The notes below the pieces were generated by a model. That model ran no database searches and had not been told where the DNA came from. It was given only the letters and a program-made list of their open reading frames with translations. From the NCBI GenBank assembly GCA_963836085.1, contig CAWIHT010000012.1, positions 77,449 to 141,448 on the forward strand: DNA of 64,000 bases, read 5' to 3'. The number at the start of each line of letters is the position of its first letter. Position 1 is the stretch's first letter. The position numbers were made by a program, and so were the translations under genes. The stretch comes from an uncultured Actinomycetota bacterium (GTDB lineage Bacteria; Actinomycetota; Acidimicrobiia; Spongiisociales; UBA5794). Below, piece after piece: positions 18,755 through 28,251 of this stretch.

Positions 18755-20251
18755 TCATTTCCCCCTCACCCAGGCGTAAATGAAGCCGAGCAGAGCGAAG
18801 ACGGCGACGAACTCGAGACGGCCTGCCCACATCTGAACCATGTAGGTGAGCTTCATCAGCATCGGCATCGCTGGTTCGGTGACTCCAACAGACAAGCCGA
18901 CCGACGCCCCGGCGCTCACCGATTCGAAGATGGCCTCCTGGAATCCATACCCGTAGCCGAGCGCCACGCCCGCTCCGAGCAAGAAGAGCGCAACGTAGAG
19001 GAGGGCAATCGTCATCGCCGATTGGGCAAGTTCGGGAGTGAGACGCTTCCTGCCCGACTGGAAGTACTGGGTGCTGACGACCGCACCCTCGGGCAGGAGC
19101 AACTGCTTCGTCTGGGCCACGACTGACTTGACGATCAGGCCGACGCGCAGCGCCTTGATGCCACCAGCTGTCGACGATGCCATGCCGCCGAGCGCCATGG
19201 CGACAACGATCCCTGCGAATGCGAGACCGCCCCACGTCGCCAGTTCGGTCGACGGAACGGTCGCGAATCCAGTGCCGGTGTGCGCCGACATGACCTGGAA
19301 GAAGCCCTGACGGGTCAAGCCCGGTACGGACGTGTAGATCCCGGCGACACCCAACCCGATCATCGTGAGCAGCATCGTTCCTGCGACCGTGGCCAGGATC
19401 ATGCGCGTCTCGAGATTCTTGAACAGGGACCGACGCGGGCCGCGCCACAAGGCATAGTGCAAGCCGAACGACATCGCCCCGGCCACCATGATCACCATCG
19501 TGGCGAATTCGAAGATGGCTGAGTGGTAGTAGCCGAGACTCGTCGACTGTGGGGCGAATCCGCCGGTGTCGAAACCGGCGAAGAAGATCATCAGTCCGTG
19601 GAAAAAAGCGCGCTTCCACTCGAACCCGAGGACGTGGTGAGCGATGACACCGAGAACCACGACCCCGGCGACAAGATGGACGAGCGCAACCGCCCATATG
19701 AACCGGGCCGTCGACCGGACCGACGGCAGGATCCGGTCGTCGCGTGCCTCGCCGTAGTACAGGGTCAAGCCCCCGCCTCCAGCGAACAGCACGAGGGCGG
19801 CGATGATGATGCCCTGACCTCCCAGGAAGTGCAGGAGGTGGCGCCAGAAGTTGAGCGACGGTGCCATGTGGTCGAGGTCTTGAACGAGCGCGAGGCCGGT
19901 GGTCGACAGGCCGGACATTGCGTCGAAGGCGGCATCGACGGGTCCTCCGTAGTGACCGGAGAAGATGAACGGGATCGATCCGATCGCCGGAACCACAAGC
20001 CACGTCAACGCCACGACCACCATCCCGTGGCTCCAATCGAGGCGTTCGTTCGCCGGGCGGTACCGCAGACCGAGCTGGCCGAGAAACGCGAAGACACCGA
20101 TCATCAGAAGGAACGAGGCGAACGGATGCCATTCGCGTCCGAGCACCGCCCACACGAGGGGCAGACAGCTCGCTGCCGCAACAACGGTGAAGATTCGACC
20201 GAGCGCGAAACCGACAATCCGGAAGTCCTCGCGTTCAGGTCGAATCAGCAT
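18755..20251 (-). CDS. trkH: TrkH/KtrB family potassium uptake membrane subunit
   Basis: Multiple TM helices with repeated selectivity-filter-like glycine motifs, typical of the TrkH family. Start at MLIRPEREDFRIVGF. Confidence 0.88.
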   Translation of the reverse strand: MLIRPEREDFRIVGFALGRIFTVVAAASCLPLVWAVLGREWHPFASFLLMIGVFAFLGQLGLRYRPANERLDWSHGMVVVALTWLVVPAIGSIPFIFSGHYGGPVDAAFDAMSGLSTTGLALVQDLDHMAPSLNFWRHLLHFLGGQGIIIAALVLFAGGGGLTLYYGEARDDRILPSVRSTARFIWAVALVHLVAGVVVLGVIAHHVLGFEWKRAFFHGLMIFFAGFDTGGFAPQSTSLGYYHSAIFEFATMVIMVAGAMSFGLHYALWRGPRRSLFKNLETRMILATVAGTMLLTMIGLGVAGIYTSVPGLTRQGFFQVMSAHTGTGFATVPSTELATWGGLAFAGIVVAMALGGMASSTAGGIKALRVGLIVKSVVAQTKQLLLPEGAVVSTQYFQSGRKRLTPELAQSAMTIALLYVALFLLGAGVALGYGYGFQEAIFESVSAGASVGLSVGVTEPAMPMLMKLTYMVQMWAGRLEFVAVFALLGFIYAWVRGK

Positions 20252-20395
20252 GTCACGTGGCAGCAATGACAATCGCCGCGACCACAAACGCCGCGACCAC
20301 GAGACCGATGACGATGCCGACTTCGAGCGCGAACGCGAGGACCGCTCCACCGAGATCACCGGACCAGCGCCGAACGCGTGCCCCGTCGCGGCTCC

Positions 20396-21055
20396 TCACG
20401 CGTGGCTCCCTTCGGCGCCGAAGACCCGATGGAGTTCAGACTCCAGCGCAACCGTCGTGACCACAGCGATCCGGTCCCCTGGGAACAGCCGCGTTGTCGC
20501 CTCCGGGACGATCACCTCATCACGCCGCATGATGGCGGCGATCAGCGACGGCGCCGGCAGCTGCAGTTCCCGGAGGCTGGTCGGCGCGAACCTGGACGGA
20601 ATCTCGAACTCGGACAACGACAGTTGCCCGCGACCGAGGACCGCAATGCGTTCGAGCTGAGAGACCGCCAGCTCCTGCGATATGACCTGAACCATGAGAT
20701 CGGTAATACCGACAACGGGTATGTCGAGCGCCTCGAACGTCGCTCGATTCCACGGCGTGTTGAGCCGGGCAAGGACTCGCTTCGCGCCCAGCGTGAGACC
20801 GAGCTGGCTCGCCACAAAATTCACTTCGTCAAGGCCCGTCACTGCCAGCAGCCAATCCGCGTCGTGGACACCGGCCGCTTCGAGCACTCCCACGTTCGTA
20901 CCATCACCGTGAATGACAACGGCGTCGACGTCATCAGCAACGGCCTGTGCCCGCGCCTCATCAGCTTCCACCAATGCCACGAAGTGCTCGCCCGACACCA
21001 ACTCTCGTGCGAGGAACGAACCCACCTTGCCGCCGCCGATCAGGATCGCCCTCAT
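20396..21055 (-). CDS. trkA: TrkA/KtrA potassium uptake regulatory (RCK) subunit
   Basis: MRAILIGGGKVGSFLAREL N-terminal Rossmann, RCK_C C-terminus. 219 aa. Confidence 0.88.
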   Translation of the reverse strand: MRAILIGGGKVGSFLARELVSGEHFVALVEADEARAQAVADDVDAVVIHGDGTNVGVLEAAGVHDADWLLAVTGLDEVNFVASQLGLTLGAKRVLARLNTPWNRATFEALDIPVVGITDLMVQVISQELAVSQLERIAVLGRGQLSLSEFEIPSRFAPTSLRELQLPAPSLIAAIMRRDEVIVPEATTRLFPGDRIAVVTTVALESELHRVFGAEGSHA

Positions 21056-21705
21056 GACGGCTCCGTCGGCTGGAGGTACTGGTGCACGCGGTCCCGCACG
21101 CCGAGCCTGGCCGCCGCGACGACGAGGTCATGCTCGCGGAGCTGGAAGGAATCCGTTGGTATGTGGGTGGTATCGCCGCGCCGAACGGCGGCGACCCGAA
21201 GCTGGTTCTCGACCTCCAACCTCTCGATCGTGAGTCCTTCGGAGTTCGGCCCGATGACCATTTCGACGATCTCGACGTCACCGCCGGAAAACGTCAGGTG
21301 GTACTCGAACTCCTCCTCGACGATCCGCTCAAAGATGACGTTGGCGGTGAGTTGAGCACCTGCCACGTACGAGATGTCGAGCGCCCGATACGACTCGGCT
21401 CGTCCGGGCTCGTCGAGTCGGGCGAGGGTCCGCGGGACACCGAACACGCGCTTGGCGAGTTCCACCGACATCACGTTCGTGTTGTCCGAATTGGTCACCG
21501 CCACGAACGCGTCGGCGAACTCGATCCCGGCTTCCTTCAGTAGCCGGATATCGATCGGTCGGCCGAAGTGTGTCGTTCCGTTGAAGGTCGAGCCCAGGGC
21601 CTTGAAGGTTCCGGGTCGGTCGTCGATGATCGAGACATCGTGGCCATCGTCGGCCAGATGCAGCGCCAGATCGCTGCCAACGCGACCACAGCCGGCGATG
21701 ACGAT
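21052..21705 (-). CDS. trkA: Second TrkA/RCK paralog (CeoB/CeoC-like tandem), start codon non-canonical or unresolved
   Basis: In-frame translation upstream of the track ORF gives RIVIAGCGRVGSDLALHLADDGHDVSIID...VAVTNSDNTNV, a complete TrkA N-domain. An AGGAGA Shine-Dalgarno is present but there is no ATG/GTG/TTG between the in-frame stop (21744..21742) and the GTG at 21504. Provisional start at the ATC at 21705. Overlaps trkA#1 by ATGA. Confidence 0.65.
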   Translation of the reverse strand: MVIAGCGRVGSDLALHLADDGHDVSIIDDRPGTFKALGSTFNGTTHFGRPIDIRLLKEAGIEFADAFVAVTNSDNTNVMSVELAKRVFGVPRTLARLDEPGRAESYRALDISYVAGAQLTANVIFERIVEEEFEYHLTFSGGDVEIVEMVIGPNSEGLTIERLEVENQLRVAAVRRGDTTHIPTDSFQLREHDLVVAAARLGVRDRVHQYLQPTEPS

Positions 21706-21809
21706 TCTCGTGTCGGGTCTCCTGCTCGTAGTCGGCTCATCCTAGAACGACCACCGAACCGCTCCGGCCCTTCGAGCGCAGCGGCAGGATCAATGCTTCC
21801 GGTCGCTGC

Positions 21810-23138
21810 CTACCTACACAGGCTGTTGACCATCGGATATGGGTTGGCCCAGTCGCCACCACCGGGTTGCCAACCGAGGTGAAGATGCGGGGCCCACGAT
21901 GGCGAGTTCCCTGTGGTTCCGACGATGCCGATTGGATCACCCGCCGAGACCTTCTGGCCTCCTGTGAGCCCTTCGGCCCAGGCGTCGAGGTGGGCGTAGT
22001 AGTAGATGTCGCCGGAGTTCCCGTGCAGGTACACCGAGATGCCACCGAGCGAACTGTTTGACAGACGGTAGATCCGGCCGCTCTCCATCGCGACGAGCGG
22101 TGTGCCACGAGAAGCCGACATGTCGACACCCTTGTGAGTCCTGCCGCCGGAGCGCGGTGCGCCCCACGTGTTCGAGAAGGATGAGGCGCCGTTGACCGGA
22201 CACACCCGAGTCGCCGGGGTAGGTTCGGGGACCGTGGTGGTGGTTGTCGGCGGGGGTTCCGTCGTCGTTGTCGTCGTTGACTCCACTGATTCGACAACCG
22301 TGGTCGTGGTCGTGGACTCCTCCGGTGTGACCTCGGGTACAACGGTGGTGGTAGTAGTTGGGGCCGGGACCGTCGTGGTGGTCGTGGAGACCGCCGCAAC
22401 CTCGGTCTCCTCCGGCACCGTCGTGGTGGTCGTTGACGTGGCGGCCTGCGCGACCGCCGCCGCGGCTTCAGCGGCTTCGGCTTCTCGGCGCTTCCTGGCC
22501 TCTTCCAGTTCGCGAAGGCGCCGCTCCTCGGCTTCGCGTTGCTTGCGCTCCTCCTCCTGCTGCTGCCAGGTCGCCTCCAACTCCCGGTATTCGGCGTTTG
22601 CCACGTCGAGTTCGGCAAGGAGTCGAGCGGCGAGACCCTCGATTTCGACGACGAGGTCTCGCTGCAGGGCAAGCGCATCGTCCAGTTCCTGGACTTGGGC
22701 GCGGTACGCATCCTCGACCGAGCGCATCTCGTCGATCACCCGCAAGTCCTGATCGTTGGCGGCGCGCAGATAGGTGGCACGCACCGGGATGTCCGTGAAG
22801 CTGGTTGACCCGAGCACGGTCGTGACCGCTCCGTCGGATCCGGCCGTCATGTAGCTCTCCCGCACGACGTCCTGTGCCGCGAGGCGCAGGATCGCCAGTT
22901 CCTGCTCGGTCTCGGTGACCTTGCTCGCGAGTCCGTGGAGGCTTTCACGGATCTGGATCTCGTCGGCGATGGCGGCTTCGTAGCGGATGTCCGTCGCTTC
23001 GAGGCTCGCCGAAACCTCGCCGTTCCGGAGCCGGGCCGCTTCGAGGTCGGCTTGCGTGACTTCCCCGCCATCTGCACCAAGCGCGGGCGCGGCCAACCCT
23101 AGGAGGAGACCCAGGATGAGAGCGATGCGTATCTTCAT
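21810..23138 (-). CDS. Secreted M23 family metallopeptidase with N-terminal coiled-coil domain and Thr-rich linker
   Basis: Signal peptide, long heptad/charged coiled coil, TTTTT linker, C-terminal LytM domain (HKGVDM...HLHLG). Confidence 0.85.
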   Translation of the reverse strand: MKIRIALILGLLLGLAAPALGADGGEVTQADLEAARLRNGEVSASLEATDIRYEAAIADEIQIRESLHGLASKVTETEQELAILRLAAQDVVRESYMTAGSDGAVTTVLGSTSFTDIPVRATYLRAANDQDLRVIDEMRSVEDAYRAQVQELDDALALQRDLVVEIEGLAARLLAELDVANAEYRELEATWQQQEEERKQREAEERRLRELEEARKRREAEAAEAAAAVAQAATSTTTTTVPEETEVAAVSTTTTTVPAPTTTTTVVPEVTPEESTTTTTVVESVESTTTTTTEPPPTTTTTVPEPTPATRVCPVNGASSFSNTWGAPRSGGRTHKGVDMSASRGTPLVAMESGRIYRLSNSSLGGISVYLHGNSGDIYYYAHLDAWAEGLTGGQKVSAGDPIGIVGTTGNSPSWAPHLHLGWQPGGGDWANPYPMVNSLCR

Positions 23139-23920
23139 TGTCTCGCGATCAAATCGACCATCGTGGATGGCCCCGCTGCGCCCGCCGAGAACCCTACCTC
23201 TCCATCGGCGTTCAGCTTGGATAGCTGAACGATGACCTGTTGGATCGCCGCCTGGCGAAGCCCCGACGGCACGAAGGCGTAGACCGCATCCACGAGGTCC
23301 GACACCGTCGTGGCCCCGGCGCCGATCGCGTCGAGGATCTCCTGTTCTCGGGCGAGACGGTGTTCGATGGAGTGCTCGATCACCGCTCCCGCGTCGTCCA
23401 TCGAGTCGCCGTGCCCCGGTTCAATGCTGTCGACCCCCAGATCCTGAACCCGGTACAGCGAGTCGAGGTAGGCAGAGGCGTCTTCCATAATCACCGACGA
23501 ACCGCCCATGATGTGATCGCCGGTGAACAGTCGTCCGGCGAGTCGGAAACACAGATGGTCGGCCGTGTGTCCCGGTGTATGAACCGCAGTCAGGTGCATT
23601 CCCCCGACCGCGATCTCGCTCCCGTCCGACAGGCGAATATCGGGAGCGAATCCTGGACCAGGCCGGTTCCCGAGAACAGGCACGCCGAGGTGTTCTGCGA
23701 GGGGGTTGGCGAGCGGTGCGTGGTCGGAGTGGGTGTGGGTCGCAATGACTGCCATCACGGCCCGGCCCGCAACGGTGTTGAGGATGGCGAGGAGGTGGCT
23801 GTCGATGATCGGTCCCGGATCGAGGATCGCGACCTCGTCGCGGTCGCCGATGAGGTAGGTGTTCGTTCCAGGTCCGGTGTAGATGCCCGGATTCGGTGCC
23901 AGCACCCGCTCGACCGTCAC
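23135..23920 (-). CDS. MBL-fold metallo-hydrolase
   Basis: THTHSDH metal-binding motif. 261 aa. 4-nt overlap with the M23 gene. Confidence 0.85.
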   Translation of the reverse strand: MTVERVLAPNPGIYTGPGTNTYLIGDRDEVAILDPGPIIDSHLLAILNTVAGRAVMAVIATHTHSDHAPLANPLAEHLGVPVLGNRPGPGFAPDIRLSDGSEIAVGGMHLTAVHTPGHTADHLCFRLAGRLFTGDHIMGGSSVIMEDASAYLDSLYRVQDLGVDSIEPGHGDSMDDAGAVIEHSIEHRLAREQEILDAIGAGATTVSDLVDAVYAFVPSGLRQAAIQQVIVQLSKLNADGEVGFSAGAAGPSTMVDLIARQ

Positions 23921-24714
23921 GGGGTGGCGACCTCGGGAAGCGTGTCCGTGCCCGACCTGGTGATCCTTCGTGCGGCCTTGAGGAATGCAGGGTCGGCCTC
24001 TTCGGCAGCGGCTTCTTCGAACCCAGGGTCCCCCGGCATCAGAACCTCCACCTTGTCGGCGACGATCGAGAGCCGTGGCTGGATCGCCGGCACCGCCGAT
24101 TGGGACACGACCTCATCCAACAGGTCCGCGACCGACACGAATCCTCCGAGGAACTCGAGGATCCGCCTCGTAGGAAACGCGACCTCCCATCGCCCGGTTG
24201 CTGCCCGATCCAGGACATCGACCGGGTGGATCCATGCAGCATCGACCAACTCGATGCCGTCGACGATCGGATCGAGGTCGGCGGGAGCGGACGCAACGAA
24301 GAATCGGGTGTCGAAGCGGACCGGGAGTGGGGCCGGGGTGATCCAGTTTGCGAAGTAGAACAGGGAGTCGCCGGCGAATCGTTCGCCTCCGGCCAGGGCT
24401 ACAGCGAACAGCGAGTCATCTACCGACCGCTGCTCCGTGACAACGGCACCGCTCGTGAGCATCCAGATGCCGGTCTCTTCGACGAGTTCACGCACGGCAG
24501 CCGCACGCCACACCAGGAGCCCAGTGTCGGCCGACTGCACGGCGTCGTGCGCAGCTTCAGAGCCGTCCGTCTCATCGACAGCGCCGCCAGGGAAGACCCA
24601 AGCCCCTCCCATGAAACGGGCCTCTGGCGTCCGTCGCGCCATGAGTACGTCGATGCCCGGGGGTGTGTCACGAACGAGGCAGATCGTCGAAGCGGGCCGT
24701 GGCGCCGCCCTCAC
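23917..24714 (-). CDS. NUDIX hydrolase with C-terminal extension
   Basis: Nudix box GGAVDETDGSEAAHDAVQSADTGLLVWRAAAVRELVEETGI. GTG start at 24714 overlaps the fxsA stop (GTGA). The long upstream track ORF is an Arg-rich artefact. Confidence 0.8.
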   Translation of the reverse strand: MRAAPRPASTICLVRDTPPGIDVLMARRTPEARFMGGAWVFPGGAVDETDGSEAAHDAVQSADTGLLVWRAAAVRELVEETGIWMLTSGAVVTEQRSVDDSLFAVALAGGERFAGDSLFYFANWITPAPLPVRFDTRFFVASAPADLDPIVDGIELVDAAWIHPVDVLDRAATGRWEVAFPTRRILEFLGGFVSVADLLDEVVSQSAVPAIQPRLSIVADKVEVLMPGDPGFEEAAAEEADPAFLKAARRITRSGTDTLPEVATP

Positions 24715-25091
24715 TGAACGATGGTCCAGCGATTCGCCGAGCGGGCAACGAACCACCGCCGAATCGCTTCTCGGACTGGCGGCACCAGGAGCAGGAATCC
24801 GACCGCGTCGGTGAGCAGGCCAGGCGTGAGGAGAAACGCTCCAGCAATGAGGATCATCACGCCGTGGGCAAGCGATGCCGCGGGAACCGCTCCGTGCTGG
24901 AACTCGAGGCGGGCGGTCTGCATGGTGTCCCGGCCTTGACGAGCAACGAGCCATGATCCGACGAATGCCGTGACGATGACGAGGCCGATGGTCCACCAGG
25001 CACCGACGGCCTGACTGAACGCGACGAGGAGGGCGATCTCCACAACGGGGACCACAACGAACGCAGCGAACAGAATCCAGCGCCATCGCAT
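24711..25091 (-). CDS. fxsA: FxsA family cytoplasmic membrane protein
   Basis: Two N-terminal TMs, then LLTPGLLTDAVGFLLLVPPVR, the FxsA signature. Confidence 0.75.
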   Translation of the reverse strand: MRWRWILFAAFVVVPVVEIALLVAFSQAVGAWWTIGLVIVTAFVGSWLVARQGRDTMQTARLEFQHGAVPAASLAHGVMILIAGAFLLTPGLLTDAVGFLLLVPPVREAIRRWFVARSANRWTIVQ

Positions 25092-25126
25092 GAGGCCGAG
25101 GATACCGGTACCGGTAGTCTGCGCAC

Positions 25127-26443
25127 GTGGATCCGCGCGACCTCCCCTCTGTCGATGCGCTGGCCGGTGATCTCGCCGGCGACTTCGACCTGCCGCGCCC
25201 CCTGGTGGTCACGGTGTCACGGCAGGCAATCGAGGAGGCCCGTGCCGATCTGCGGGCAGGGTCGCCGGCCGACCCGGTTGCCATCGCCACGAATCGCCTC
25301 CGCGATCTTTCCTCTGCACGGCTGACGGCGGTCGTGAACGCCACCGGGGTTCTCCTCCACACGAACCTCGGCCGGGCACCGACGATCGGTGATGACATCC
25401 CGGGCTACAGCAACCTGGAGTTCGATCTCCCGACCGGCACACGGGGTCGGCGTTCCGGCTATCTCGCCGAATTGATCGCCTCCACGGTGGGAGCCGAAGC
25501 CGCTCTGGTCGTGAACAACAACGCGGGGGCCTTGTTCCTGACACTTGCCGCGCTCGCCGGCCGGGACGGTCGCGTCGCTGTGTCCCGGGGGGAGTTGATC
25601 GAGATCGGCGGTTCGTTCCGCCTCCCTGATCTCATGAACGCCTCGGGAGTCCATCTCGTCGAGGTTGGAACGACCAACCGAACGAGGGCGAGCGACTTCA
25701 CCGATGCTCCTGGGTCGGTTGAGGCCGTACTCAAGGTGCATCCGTCGAACTACCGCGTCGAAGGGTTCGCCGAGGAAGTGTCGTTTGCCGACATGGCGAA
25801 GGTCGCCCGGACCATCAGTGCCCCCTACATCGCCGATGTGGGGAGCGGACTCCTTGATACCGCCGTTCCGTGGATCGCGGGCAATCCGCCGCCGTGGCTC
25901 GCCGGCGAACCGGGTGTTCGCCAGACGCTGGAGCAGGGTGCAGATGTCGTGCTCTTCTCCGGGGACAAACTGCTCGGCGGACCTCAAGCCGGCATCGCCG
26001 TCGGGCAACGCGAGATCATCGCCAGGATGGCGAAGCACCCGATTGCCAGAGCGCTCCGCATCAACAGCCCGACGATCGCGATGCTGACCTCAACGTTTGA
26101 GGCATATGCAACGGGTGCGGCCTCGTCGCTTCCGTTCTGGACGATGGCCACGGCTCCTGCTGAGACCATCCGCAACCGAACTGAACGCGTTCTCACTGAG
26201 TCGGGCGCCGTCGGCACGATCGTCGACGGTGCGTCACTCCCCGGTGCGGGGTCGGTCCCCGGACTCACCATTCCGACCCCGGTCCTCCGCCTCGGCGGGA
26301 GCGAAGAACAGTCATGGCGTGTGCTCGCGGATCATGTCCCACCCGTCGTAGCTGCACGACGAGACGGGGCGACGCTGGTGAACCTGCGATCCGTCCGACC
26401 CGACGAGGACTCGATCGTCGCTGCTGCGCTGGCTGCGATCTGA
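25127..26443 (+). CDS. selA: L-seryl-tRNA(Sec) selenium transferase SelA
   Basis: PLP fold-type I with FSGDKLLGGPQAGIAVG...ARALRINSPTIAMLTSTFEAY, characteristic of SelA. 438 aa. Confidence 0.9.
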   Translation: MDPRDLPSVDALAGDLAGDFDLPRPLVVTVSRQAIEEARADLRAGSPADPVAIATNRLRDLSSARLTAVVNATGVLLHTNLGRAPTIGDDIPGYSNLEFDLPTGTRGRRSGYLAELIASTVGAEAALVVNNNAGALFLTLAALAGRDGRVAVSRGELIEIGGSFRLPDLMNASGVHLVEVGTTNRTRASDFTDAPGSVEAVLKVHPSNYRVEGFAEEVSFADMAKVARTISAPYIADVGSGLLDTAVPWIAGNPPPWLAGEPGVRQTLEQGADVVLFSGDKLLGGPQAGIAVGQREIIARMAKHPIARALRINSPTIAMLTSTFEAYATGAASSLPFWTMATAPAETIRNRTERVLTESGAVGTIVDGASLPGAGSVPGLTIPTPVLRLGGSEEQSWRVLADHVPPVVAARRDGATLVNLRSVRPDEDSIVAAALAAI

Positions 26444-28251
26444 TGCCGATCATCGGGACGGCGGGGCATGTCGACCATGGCAAGTCCACCCTCGTCCAGG
26501 CGCTCACCGGAAGAGATCCGGATCGCTGGACCGAGGAGAAGGAGCGGGGCCTCACCATCGACCTCGGATTCGCCTGGGCGCTTCTCGGCGAAGAGACGGT
26601 CGGGTTCGTCGACGTGCCCGGACACGAGCGGTTCATCAAGAACATGCTCGCCGGCGTCGGGGGACTCGATGTCGCCCTCTTCGTCGTGGCGGCGGACGAG
26701 GGCTGGATGCCGCAGTCCGAGGAACACCTGGCTGTCCTCGACCTCCTCGGTGTCGCACACGGGATCATTGCACTCACCAGGATCGACGTCGCTGACTCCG
26801 ATCTGATCGAACTCTCGACGCTCGACGTCGAAGAGCACGTGGCATCCACGGTGGCTGAAACCTGGCCGATCATCGAAGTCTCCGCTCTCACGGGTCAGGG
26901 CATCGACGATCTCGCAGCGGCCCTCGGAGAGGCACTGGCGGCTGCCGGCCCGCCCCGGGACGCCGGCAGCCCCCGGATGTGGGTCGACCGAGCGTTCGGG
27001 ATCGCGGGGGCAGGAGTCGTGGCGACAGGGACACTGACCGGAGGAACCCTCTCGGTCGGTGACCGCCTGCAGTGCTACCCGGGCGGAGAGACCCGGGTGC
27101 GGAGCCTGCAATCCCACGAACTCGATCGGGAGACGATCGGCCCGGGCTCGCGCGCCGCCGCGAATCTCGTCGGTGTAGAGCAACGCGACCTCGAGCGCGG
27201 GACGCTCCTCGCAGCACCCGGAGCGATCGGGATGTCCGACCGGTTCCTCGCGCAACTGCGCTTCCCGCCCCGCTCGCCGGGAGAGGTCACCGACCGGGGG
27301 GCCTATCACGTCCATCTCGGCACCGCGACGGTACCGGCACGGCTGAGGGCCGTGACGACCGGAACGGAGCCAGCGGTCATCATCACCACCGATCTGCCGG
27401 TGCCGGTGTCGGTCGGGGATCGCTTCATCCTGAGAGACACAGGCCGGCGCTCTGTCGTTGCCGGCGGCACAATCCTCGATCCCACGCCGCTCAGACGTCC
27501 GACCGCAGACCACGTGACCATCCTCTCCGGAGCCGTCGGGCACGGTCCGAACGAGCTGGCCGACGCGCTCGTCGCGGTCCACGGCACCATCGGCGTGATC
27601 GAGCTTGACCGATCGACCGGCGGCGGCGTCCCGGCAGGCGCCGTCACCGTCGGGAACCAGTATCTGTCTCCCGAAGTCTTCGCCGATCGTGGCCGCGCAT
27701 TGACGGCAGCCGTCGTCGACTACCACCAGCGATACCCCCTGCGGCCCGGTCTTCCGAAGTCGGAGGCTGCTTCCCGTCTGCAGATCGACGCAAGCCTCGT
27801 GCTGGCACTGGTTGAGGCGACGCCGGACCTGGTCGAGGAGGGCCCGGCAATCCTGAGGACCGGGTTCACGACCGAACTCGGCCCAGATGAGGTGACCGCC
27901 TGGGATACAGCACGGGAGACGCTGGCCTCAGATCTTGCTGTTCCAAGAGCATCGGAGCTCGGTCTATCGGACGAAGTGCGACACGTGCTGATCCGACGCG
28001 GCGACCTCGTTCGTGTTGACGTCGACCTTGTCCTGTTGCCGGATCAGATCGAAGAGATCACTGCCGGGATACGCGAACTGCCGGACGGATTCACGGTTGC
28101 AGTGTTCCGCGACCACTTCGGCCTGTCACGAAGGCATGCCGTGCCACTGCTCGAATGGCTGGACGCCGAGGGTTGGACCCGTCGCCGGGGAGATGGGCGC
28201 TCGGTCAGTTCGCCGCGCGCAGGTTCCGCTGGCGGCGCTCCGACTCCGTGA
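26443..28251 (+). CDS. selB: Selenocysteine-specific translation elongation factor SelB
   Basis: MPIIGTAGHVDHGKSTL GTPase domain, EF-Tu-like domains 2 and 3, C-terminal winged-helix (SECIS-binding) region. ATG overlaps the selA stop by 1 nt. Confidence 0.9.
   Translation: MPIIGTAGHVDHGKSTLVQALTGRDPDRWTEEKERGLTIDLGFAWALLGEETVGFVDVPGHERFIKNMLAGVGGLDVALFVVAADEGWMPQSEEHLAVLDLLGVAHGIIALTRIDVADSDLIELSTLDVEEHVASTVAETWPIIEVSALTGQGIDDLAAALGEALAAAGPPRDAGSPRMWVDRAFGIAGAGVVATGTLTGGTLSVGDRLQCYPGGETRVRSLQSHELDRETIGPGSRAAANLVGVEQRDLERGTLLAAPGAIGMSDRFLAQLRFPPRSPGEVTDRGAYHVHLGTATVPARLRAVTTGTEPAVIITTDLPVPVSVGDRFILRDTGRRSVVAGGTILDPTPLRRPTADHVTILSGAVGHGPNELADALVAVHGTIGVIELDRSTGGGVPAGAVTVGNQYLSPEVFADRGRALTAAVVDYHQRYPLRPGLPKSEAASRLQIDASLVLALVEATPDLVEEGPAILRTGFTTELGPDEVTAWDTARETLASDLAVPRASELGLSDEVRHVLIRRGDLVRVDVDLVLLPDQIEEITAGIRELPDGFTVAVFRDHFGLSRRHAVPLLEWLDAEGWTRRRGDGRSVSSPRAGSAGGAPTP

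Noticed and set aside
20378-21355. 325-aa plus-strand ORF across the trkA genes
   Set aside because: Antisense to two well-supported TrkA paralogs. Arg/His-rich with no domains.
22168-22798. Val/Thr-run ORFs and apparent nucleotide repeats (ggtggtggt / acgacgacc) suggesting a repeat array or CRISPR
   Set aside because: They are the antisense and frameshifted readings of the Thr-rich linker and coiled coil of the M23 peptidase. No repeat-spacer periodicity is present.
23917-25398. 493-aa reading of the NUDIX ORF (N-terminal 230 aa extension)
   Set aside because: The extension is Arg-rich nonsense overprinting fxsA in another frame. The Nudix fold begins just after a GTG that overlaps the fxsA stop (24714).
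26332-27726. 464-aa minus-strand ORF antisense to selB
   Set aside because: Entirely embedded in a strongly supported SelB gene. Low-complexity Arg/Asp-rich translation with no motifs.
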